From a virus, in IMG/VR virus record IMGVR_UViG_3300032335_000935, positions 4,090 to 68,089 of that record: 64,000 bases of DNA, one strand, 5' to 3'. Of the stretch, positions 53,754 to 61,251 are shown piece after piece. The notes beneath the pieces were generated by a model. That model did not search any database and was not told the origin of the DNA. It worked only from the letters and a program-made list of their open reading frames with translations. The position numbers and the translations under genes are program-made. Positions within the stretch are counted from its first letter, which is position 1; each line of letters begins with the position of its first letter.

Positions 53754-53782
53754 TTGACCAATAAATCACGCCGTGCTATAAT
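53754..53782 (+). promoter_or_regulatory. sigma70-like promoter TTGACC-N17-TGcTATAAT; vWA gene ATG 7 nt after -10 (leaderless?)
   Basis: ttgacc 53754-53759, tataat 53777-53782. Confidence 0.6.
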
Positions 53783-53788
53783 ACTGAC

Positions 53789-55126
53789 ATGACGCAACAA
53801 AGGACTCGCATGCAATATTTCAACCCCCGTGTGCTACATGCTCGTGCCACTGGCACCACTGCTGACACCAAAGACAAAGACAAGTTCAAGGACCTGATTG
53901 GTCCCATGGATCCTGCACTGGATCGCAAGGTGCGTGAGAAACTGATCACTGCTCGCGTGGGCCTCTTGCTCCGCGCCAGCTTCTTTGGCAACCTTGCTAC
54001 TCGACTCAAACTGGTCAACGCTGACGAGTGGTGCGGTACTGCCGCAACAGACGGGCGCCACTTCTACTACAATAGCCGCTTTATTGAGATGCTTCGTCCC
54101 AAAGAGATTGAGTTTCTTTTTGGGCATGAAGTGCTTCACTGTGTGTACGATCACTTTGGACGCCGTGGCGAGCGCGATCCGCAGATTTGGAACATTGCCA
54201 ATGATTTCTGCGTCAACGCAGACCTTGTCAAGCACCGTGTGGGCGAGAAGATTACCACAGTGCCTTGTTTACATGACACCAAGTATGATGGCATGAGCTC
54301 GGAAGAGATCTATGACCAGCTCATGCAGAATGTGCAAAAGATCAGCCTGCAAGATCTCATTGACAAGATGCTGGACGAGCACTTGGATGGCGAGGGCGAT
54401 GGTGACGGCTCTGGCGATGGTGAGGACAAAGAAGGCAAAGGTCGTCCGCGACTGAGCGAAGCCGAAAAGCAACAGATCCGTGACGAGATCAAAGAAGCCA
54501 TGTTGGCTGCGGCTCAAACTGTGGACGGTGCTGGTAACATTCCGGCAGGCGTCAAGCGGTTGATTCAGGACCTAACTGAGCCCAAGATGAACTGGCGTGA
54601 ACTGCTTCGTATGCAGTTGGAGAGCACCATCAAGTCAGACTACACTTGGATGCGAGCCAGCCGACGCGGTTGGCACATGGATGCTGTGATGCCGGGCATG
54701 CAGACCGAGCCCATGATTGACATTGCAGTGGCCATTGACGCTTCGGGCTCGATTGGCGAGAAGATGCTGAAAGACTTCCTCAGCGAAATCCAAGGCATCA
54801 TGGACTCGTTCCCGGCCTATCGTATTCATGTGATCACGTTTGATACTGAATGCTACAATCCAGCACAGTACAATTCGGACAACTTGGATTCCATGTGCGA
54901 CTACGAAGTGTCAGGTGGCGGCGGTACTGACTTCACTGCCATCTTCCGATACCTCAAGGACGAAGAGATTGAGCCCAAGCGCCTGGTGGTGTTCACAGAC
55001 GGCTACCCGTTTGGTTCATGGGGTGATGAGAACTACTGCGATACAGTGTGGATCCTGCATGGTACCACTAGCATTGTGCCACCCTGGGGTCAATATGCTT
55101 ACTATGACGAGGACAAAAACAAATGA
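53789..55126 (+). CDS. vWA-domain protein with N-terminal HExxH putative metallopeptidase-like domain (MoxR partner)
   Basis: FGHEVLHCVYDH (HExxH), DIAVAIDASGSIG (MIDAS DxSxS), acidic linker. Confidence 0.8.
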   Translation: MTQQRTRMQYFNPRVLHARATGTTADTKDKDKFKDLIGPMDPALDRKVREKLITARVGLLLRASFFGNLATRLKLVNADEWCGTAATDGRHFYYNSRFIEMLRPKEIEFLFGHEVLHCVYDHFGRRGERDPQIWNIANDFCVNADLVKHRVGEKITTVPCLHDTKYDGMSSEEIYDQLMQNVQKISLQDLIDKMLDEHLDGEGDGDGSGDGEDKEGKGRPRLSEAEKQQIRDEIKEAMLAAAQTVDGAGNIPAGVKRLIQDLTEPKMNWRELLRMQLESTIKSDYTWMRASRRGWHMDAVMPGMQTEPMIDIAVAIDASGSIGEKMLKDFLSEIQGIMDSFPAYRIHVITFDTECYNPAQYNSDNLDSMCDYEVSGGGGTDFTAIFRYLKDEEIEPKRLVVFTDGYPFGSWGDENYCDTVWILHGTTSIVPPWGQYAYYDEDKNK

Positions 55127-55299
55127 TTAGATACGTTTTGATTTTTGCAGTGCTCACAGCACTGATCTATGTCGGCATCCATGGTTGGAGATTGTTGTCC
55201 AATTTAGACAAATGGACCGTGATCAAGACATTGACCTTGAGTGTGCTGTGTGCTACAATTGCTTTCGCTGTGTTGACCACTATAGTGGTGCTTTTTTAA
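55123..55299 (+). CDS. hypothetical two-TM small membrane protein (58 aa)
   Basis: ATGA coupling to vWA gene. Confidence 0.3.
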   Translation: MIRYVLIFAVLTALIYVGIHGWRLLSNLDKWTVIKTLTLSVLCATIAFAVLTTIVVLF

Positions 55300-55309
55300 A
55301 GGAATTAAA

Positions 55310-56104
55310 ATGAAACGTTTTGTAACTCTTGGACTTGTTGCCGCGGCTGTACTGGCCACCGGTTGTACTCGCATTGAAACTGGCGAGGTAGGTGTGCGTG
55401 TGGGTTTTGACAAACAGGTTCAACCTGGTGAACTGTTGCCGGGTAGCTTTAACCAAACCATCATTGGCGAGGTCTTGACCTTCCCCATCAAGGATGTCAA
55501 CGTACAGTTGAACGACATGACTCCTGTGGCCAAAGACAACTCGACCATGAAAGACTTCGATGCTGTGGTTGTTTACAACATCAATCCACAGCAAGTGGCC
55601 GAACTATATAGCACCAAGAACAAAGCCTTCCATGCTGAGTTTAAAGGTGACACTTATGTGATGTACAACTACATCGTGCAGAATGCTCGCAATGCCATCT
55701 ACAAGGCAGCTCGCAAGTACGAAGCTCTAGACATGGCCGACGCTCGTAGCGACATGGAGAATTTCATCAAGGACGAGATTATTCGCAACCTTGCAGAAGA
55801 AAAACTGGATGGTACCATCATGATCAGCCAGGTGCTGATTCGTAATGTTGTGCCAGCAGACTCGGTTGTGGAGAGTGCCAACGCCCTGGTTCGTAGCAAG
55901 AACGAACTCAAGCAAAAGGAAGTTGAAGTACAAACAGCCCAGGCCGAAAGCCGTCGTATGGCAGCATTGGCCAACAACTCAGGTGCAAGTATTGCATTCA
56001 TGCAGGCACAGGCCATGCTCAACATCTCAGAAGGTATCAAGAACGGACAAGTTCAAACCATTGTAGTGCCTTCAAACTTCAATGCACTCATGATGCCCAA
56101 ATAA
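55310..56104 (+). CDS. SPFH/band-7 (stomatin/prohibitin/HflC-like) lipoprotein
   Basis: lipobox LATGC after signal peptide; SPFH core followed by coiled-coil KQKEVEVQTAQAESRRMAAL; RBS GGAATTAAAATG. Confidence 0.75.
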   Translation: MKRFVTLGLVAAAVLATGCTRIETGEVGVRVGFDKQVQPGELLPGSFNQTIIGEVLTFPIKDVNVQLNDMTPVAKDNSTMKDFDAVVVYNINPQQVAELYSTKNKAFHAEFKGDTYVMYNYIVQNARNAIYKAARKYEALDMADARSDMENFIKDEIIRNLAEEKLDGTIMISQVLIRNVVPADSVVESANALVRSKNELKQKEVEVQTAQAESRRMAALANNSGASIAFMQAQAMLNISEGIKNGQVQTIVVPSNFNALMMPK

Positions 56105-56105
56105 C

Positions 56106-56342
56106 ATGTATAAAAGTATCTACACCGAAGTTGAGGTGGATGTCAATCTGTCAGACTTTGACACGGATGACTTGATTGAGGAACTGGAAAGCCGCGGTCT
56201 GGACTACAACACCAATGGCGTAGACGGCGACGACATGCGGGCACTGTTGGAACAGATCTGGGTCAAACGCAGAAACGGCAACCCTGATTATCAACATGAA
56301 CTAGACGCACTGATCTGGGGTGTGCTGGGGCGAGTGATATGA
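56106..56342 (+). CDS. hypothetical acidic protein
   Basis: ORF track. Confidence 0.35.
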   Translation: MYKSIYTEVEVDVNLSDFDTDDLIEELESRGLDYNTNGVDGDDMRALLEQIWVKRRNGNPDYQHELDALIWGVLGRVI

Positions 56343-56461
56343 ACTGGGAAGAAATCAACCTGGCCTTGAACTACTTTCTGTTGGGTGCTGTCACAGGATA
56401 CTTCTGGCAACCACTGTGGGCACTGGGAAAGAAAATTATACACGAAGCAAAGGAAGCACGA

Positions 56462-56669
56462 CATGAGTGGCGAAACCCCCGAAAATAAATCCCGAGATCG
56501 TTTTGATCTTGAGCAGGAAATCTTGGAGTGCTGGAAAGTTACCAACGATATCAAACTGTTTGCAGAACAGAGCGGTGATTTTTCAGTACTGAGTCAGTAC
56601 TACGAGCAAAAATTTGAGAGACTTTGGTCTACATTTGAACACTTGGTACACACCCGAGCGGTCAAGTAA
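56462..56669 (+). CDS. hypothetical protein
   Basis: RBS AAGGAAG before ATG 56462. Confidence 0.3.
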
Positions 56670-56707
56670 AAAATAATTTCCATGCAGATGTTGGCGTAAA
56701 TATCTGC

Positions 56708-56929
56708 ATGGAAACCAACATTACTCTCACCGTTGCCGATATGGCAAGTTTACGTGCGCTGATTGAAACTGCTGTGAGTCGAGGTGCTTATCGCCCCGGC
56801 GAATTGCGTTCTGTTGGCGAGCTCTACGAGCGTTTGGATCGCTTTGTAGAACAGACCCAAGCCAGCCTGCTTCAACAGGCACAGGCACAGTCTGAATCTT
56901 TAACCCCCCAAGGAGATCAAAATGCTTAA
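56708..56929 (+). CDS. hypothetical protein
   Basis: ORF track. Confidence 0.3.
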   Translation: METNITLTVADMASLRALIETAVSRGAYRPGELRSVGELYERLDRFVEQTQASLLQQAQAQSESLTPQGDQNA

Positions 56930-57647
56930 ACACATTGGACGCCACGGCGATCGCAAAGTGGCCATTCTGTGGCGCGAAGTACCCAACGAAGATCACATGT
57001 GTTTGGTGATCTATCCCGAAACACTGCCCACGCACATTCATGACAGTGTGATGAAAACACTGGAAAGTGATGTAGGACAGCAGGCTTCAAACCTGGCTGA
57101 TGCACTGCATCGCAACATGCTACCGGATGGTCGTGTGCAATTGGAGGCCTTGCATCGTGAAGGCATGATCAAGAAGATCCCTACCAATCAAGTGATCGTC
57201 ACTCCCAACGCCACCAGTTCGGTCAAGTTGGAAGAGCTTAACAAGATCATACGCGAAATGGAAACTGGCCAAGACGCTCTTGAACGTTTGCAACGCATTG
57301 ACGAGAGCACTGGCATCGTGGATCCCTATACCAAGCGCAAGGCCGAAGCTGAATTCAAACGCAGTCAAGAACGTGGAGTTCCGCCTGCTCCTGTGGCACA
57401 GGCTCCTGCCAACGGTGCCCTAGACGACAAGGCCCTGGCAGCCAACATGTTGGCACAAGCACAGAAGATGGAATCTGAAGCCAAAGGACTCATTGCCGAG
57501 GCCGCCAGAATGAAGAAGGAAGCTCAACGCATGCACCCCACAGTCACAGCCAAGGCCGCCCCAGTCGTTACCACAGTTACCGACACACCTGCGACCAAAA
57601 AGCGCGGTCGTCCTAACAAGGTAGTGGCCGAGAATGCCGTTCAGTGA
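56922..57647 (+). CDS. hypothetical protein with Ala/Lys-rich C-terminus (KKRGRPNK AT-hook-like)
   Basis: ORF track. Confidence 0.4.
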   Translation: MLKHIGRHGDRKVAILWREVPNEDHMCLVIYPETLPTHIHDSVMKTLESDVGQQASNLADALHRNMLPDGRVQLEALHREGMIKKIPTNQVIVTPNATSSVKLEELNKIIREMETGQDALERLQRIDESTGIVDPYTKRKAEAEFKRSQERGVPPAPVAQAPANGALDDKALAANMLAQAQKMESEAKGLIAEAARMKKEAQRMHPTVTAKAAPVVTTVTDTPATKKRGRPNKVVAENAVQ

Positions 57648-57939
57648 TGACTTTCTTGATCGTTGGGAACACATCATTAACGAAGTCAGCATGACTGAGG
57701 TTCCTCTGGAGTGCCTAAAAAAGGTTATTATCAAGCTAGAGGGTCGGCGACAGCGCACTATCAATCTTGCACTGTTGCGACGTCAAGGCTTGGATGGTGA
57801 CGAGATGGAGGCTGTGTTGACCCGAGCATTGTTGGAACTAGGCGATGCTGTGGTAGACATGGACTTTGTGGTAGACATTGGTGCTGTGGCCGAGTTGGTT
57901 CAGCCTGAAACAGACAAAATTTTACATAATCTCAAATGA
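57634..57939 (+). CDS. hypothetical protein
   Basis: ATGA coupling both ends. Confidence 0.35.
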   Translation: MPFSDDFLDRWEHIINEVSMTEVPLECLKKVIIKLEGRRQRTINLALLRRQGLDGDEMEAVLTRALLELGDAVVDMDFVVDIGAVAELVQPETDKILHNLK

Positions 57940-58628
57940 ATGTACGCCTGGTATCCCACAGTCAACCCACCGCAGAATTTGCAAAATTGGGCATCACAGA
58001 TGCACAAGAACTCATTGCGTATTGCGCCCGTGTGTCCAATCCAGCCAACCAATTCAACACTGAAACAAGCAATAGACTCATACAGTACCTGGTCAAGCAC
58101 CAACACTGGAGTCCACTGGAAATGGTCTCTGCCTGCATGGAAATTGTCACCACCCGCGACATTGCGCGACAGATTCTACGTCACAGAAGTTTCAGCTTTC
58201 AAGAGTTCTCCCAGCGATATGCTGATCCTACAGCTGAACTCGATGAGGCGTTTGTGCTACGTGAGGCACGATTCCAAGACACCCGGAATCGACAAAACAG
58301 CGTAGACTTTGACATGTCGGATGAACAGCAACGTTTGTTGTCCTACGAATGGGAACGTGCTCAGAAACGTGTGTTGTACGCTGTGAAAAAAGAATACCAG
58401 TGGGCTATCGACAATGGCATTGCTAAAGAACAAGCTCGGGCTGTGTTGCCCGAAGGACTCACTGTGAGTCGCATGTACATGAACGGTACATTGCGTTCAT
58501 GGATTCACTACATCGAACTACGTGCGGCAAATGGAACACAACGAGAACATATGGAAATTGCACGAGCCTGTGCACAGGCCATTACAGCAATTTTTCCAAT
58601 GGTTTCAGACTTAGTTGCACAATCATAA
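57936..58628 (+). CDS. thyX: flavin-dependent thymidylate synthase
   Basis: ILRHRSFSFQEFSQRY = ThyX RHRx7S motif. Confidence 0.9.
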   Translation: MNVRLVSHSQPTAEFAKLGITDAQELIAYCARVSNPANQFNTETSNRLIQYLVKHQHWSPLEMVSACMEIVTTRDIARQILRHRSFSFQEFSQRYADPTAELDEAFVLREARFQDTRNRQNSVDFDMSDEQQRLLSYEWERAQKRVLYAVKKEYQWAIDNGIAKEQARAVLPEGLTVSRMYMNGTLRSWIHYIELRAANGTQREHMEIARACAQAITAIFPMVSDLVAQS

Positions 58629-58648
58629 TTGTTGTGCTATACTAGCAC

Positions 58649-58981
58649 ATGGGCATCACACAAGATCACAGCAAGCCAAGCCACTGGCAACCATATCAAA
58701 CCAAATGTGTTGATGGCAAATGGATCAGCTTCCGTGATGTCATAGTACACACCATCCGCATGGGCGATGTAGAAGATCCCGATCTGTTTGTGGCACAACC
58801 CATATACGAATGGCAACAAAGTGATGCTGGCCGGTTCATCATGGACCATGCTGTGGACAAACCTTACTGGCACAGAACCACTGACCACAGCAGTTATGGG
58901 CATCGTTATGACATTGTGGCCAGACTCAGCGAACAAAACGAAACTTTTTGGAGACTCAAATGGGATGGACTCAACAAATAG
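58649..58981 (+). CDS. hypothetical protein
   Basis: ORF track. Confidence 0.35.
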   Translation: MGITQDHSKPSHWQPYQTKCVDGKWISFRDVIVHTIRMGDVEDPDLFVAQPIYEWQQSDAGRFIMDHAVDKPYWHRTTDHSSYGHRYDIVARLSEQNETFWRLKWDGLNK

Positions 58982-59235
58982 AATACGTTGATGTGGAAGT
59001 CGTCCTCCCACCTCCTGTAAAGAAAAAGGTATGGGACGGAGAGAAGTTTGTGCCCATGGTGCTTTACAAACATCAAGCCTTGAACATTCAACAGATTGAC
59101 TGGCTTCGTGACACTTTTGGCACACCTGGCAATCATGGCAAAAGTTGTTATTGGGAGTCCAGTCGTAGTGGTAATTATGTAATTATGGATGAACAAATTT
59201 ATACCTGGTTTCAAATGAAATGGAGCAAGCAATGA
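58960..59235 (+). CDS. hypothetical protein
   Basis: ORF track. Confidence 0.3.
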   Translation: MGWTQQIEYVDVEVVLPPPVKKKVWDGEKFVPMVLYKHQALNIQQIDWLRDTFGTPGNHGKSCYWESSRSGNYVIMDEQIYTWFQMKWSKQ

Positions 59236-60203
59236 GCAAATTTTTGGTAACAGGCGGGCATGGCCTAATAGGGCACAATGTGGTGGCTCAACTGCAAGCT
59301 CGCGAAGAGACTGTGGCAGTGATTGATAATCATACCACCTATGGTATCATTCCCCAAACAGAGATTGATTACTTGATCAGTGAGCGACTCAAGAAGATCA
59401 GTGATCACACATACTACAATCAGTGTATCACAGACGGTTATGAGATTGATCACATTGTGGAAAAAGAAAAGCCCAAGGTAATCATTCACTGTGCCAGCTT
59501 CCCTAGACAAAAAGTAGTCAATGCCAACCCTGCACATGGTGCTGATGTCATGATGCGTGGGTTGATCAATCTGTTGGAGAGTGCCAAACGCCACGGTGTT
59601 GAACGTTTTGTTTACATCAGTAGCAGCATGGTATACGGAGACTTTGCGGATCAAGTTTTGGAAGAAGACGAATGTCGCCCGCAAGGACAGTATGGCGTCA
59701 TGAAACTGGCAGGAGAGTGGCTTGTTAAAGACTATGCTCGTCGAACTGGTATGGAATACGTTGTTATCCGCCCGTCAGCGGTATACGGTCCTTTGGACGT
59801 GGAGGATCGTGTTGTGGCAAAGTTTATGCTCACCGCGATGCGTAGTGGTGTTCTACGAGTCAACGGAGCCAACGAAACTCTTGACTTTACCTATGTTGAT
59901 GATGCTGCGGCAGGCATTGTTGCGGCGGCGACTAGAATCATGTCTAGAAACAATACTTACAACATCACCAAATCGCATTCCGTTAGCCTGCTTGAAGCCG
60001 CAGAAAAAATAGTAGCACTGGTTGGACGAGGAACTATAGAAGTTCAGGACAGGGATCAAGACTTCCCCAGTCGAGGTGCATTAAATATAGATCGTGCTCG
60101 TACCATTCTTGGTTACGATCCCAAAGTAGATGTTGATGAGGGTTTCCGTGCCTACTACGACTGGCTTGACAATTCCGTTTACTGGTCTCCGAAAACAGTA
60201 TAA
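59232..60203 (+). CDS. NAD-dependent epimerase/dehydratase (SDR-extended)
   Basis: LVTGGHGLIGHNV Rossmann, YGVMKLAGE (YxxxK). Confidence 0.75.
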   Translation: MSKFLVTGGHGLIGHNVVAQLQAREETVAVIDNHTTYGIIPQTEIDYLISERLKKISDHTYYNQCITDGYEIDHIVEKEKPKVIIHCASFPRQKVVNANPAHGADVMMRGLINLLESAKRHGVERFVYISSSMVYGDFADQVLEEDECRPQGQYGVMKLAGEWLVKDYARRTGMEYVVIRPSAVYGPLDVEDRVVAKFMLTAMRSGVLRVNGANETLDFTYVDDAAAGIVAAATRIMSRNNTYNITKSHSVSLLEAAEKIVALVGRGTIEVQDRDQDFPSRGALNIDRARTILGYDPKVDVDEGFRAYYDWLDNSVYWSPKTV

Positions 60204-61251
60204 CGCACTGCGCGACGAGATCCTGAGTGCTACCGACGAGGTTCTGCGTTCAGGATCTCTCATGAACAGCAACAACACTGCAGAATTTGAGCATTGGCTG
60301 GCCCGAAAAAATCGTGTGAGTTATGCAGTGACTTGCCATTCAGGTACTCAGGCCTTGGAAATCATTGCTGAATACTATCGCCAACAACTGTCTTTGGTCA
60401 ATCCTCGGGTGTTCATGCCCAGTTTTACCTATGCAGCCACAGCCAATGCATTTATACGAGCTGGGTGGGAACTGTACTTCATTGATACTGATGCATATGG
60501 TATCATTGACGATCAAAAATTCCCCCCGCTGGTAGAGTACGATGCTGTGGTGTTGGTAGGTCTGTATGGCAACTCAATTACTCACAGTGCACATGTACGA
60601 TCTTGGAATCAGTGGGTGGCTGCCAGTACCATTGTGATTGAAGATGCTGCACAACACTGGTTGGCCAACGATTGCCAACGCATCGGCGATGCTGCGGCCA
60701 TCAGTTTTGATCCTATGAAGAACCTGCCTTGTTACGGCAATGGCGGTGCAGTGGTTACTGATCGCCAGGATCTTGCAGAATTTGCTAGATCCTGGCGAGA
60801 CAATGGCAAACCCAATCATGGGTTCGCTGGCACCAACAGTCGCATGAGCGAAGTGGATTGTGCCCAAATGTTGGTCAAGACTCAACACATTGACCGCTGG
60901 CAGGCCCGTCGGGCTCAAATTGCTGCTTTTTGGTGCGACCGCTTGAGCCAGGCCAATCTGCGCTGTTTAATAGATGATCGCAACTCACACAATCATGCGT
61001 TTCACAAATTTGTAATTGATGTTGATCATCGAGATCAGTTGCGTCAACGACTTGGTGAACGCAAAATTGAGACTCGTGTGCACTACGAACGACCCATACA
61101 CGAGATTGACGTGTACCGGGCCTGGCCCGGTCCCGACATGTTGGCCGCCAGCAGCAGTCTGGCTCGTAGAGTGCTGAGTTTACCTCTCTATCCTGAACTC
61201 ACTGACTTGGAAGTTGAGTACATCACGGATCAGGTACTAGACCTCGTTTGA
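60130..61251 (+). CDS. DegT/DnrJ/EryC1/StrS-family PLP-dependent sugar aminotransferase
   Basis: LRKQYNALRDEILSATDEVLRSG N-terminal pattern, HSGTQALE, FDPMKNL (Lys), 74-nt out-of-frame overlap with upstream epimerase. Confidence 0.75.
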   Translation: MLMRVSVPTTTGLTIPFTGLRKQYNALRDEILSATDEVLRSGSLMNSNNTAEFEHWLARKNRVSYAVTCHSGTQALEIIAEYYRQQLSLVNPRVFMPSFTYAATANAFIRAGWELYFIDTDAYGIIDDQKFPPLVEYDAVVLVGLYGNSITHSAHVRSWNQWVAASTIVIEDAAQHWLANDCQRIGDAAAISFDPMKNLPCYGNGGAVVTDRQDLAEFARSWRDNGKPNHGFAGTNSRMSEVDCAQMLVKTQHIDRWQARRAQIAAFWCDRLSQANLRCLIDDRNSHNHAFHKFVIDVDHRDQLRQRLGERKIETRVHYERPIHEIDVYRAWPGPDMLAASSSLARRVLSLPLYPELTDLEVEYITDQVLDLV

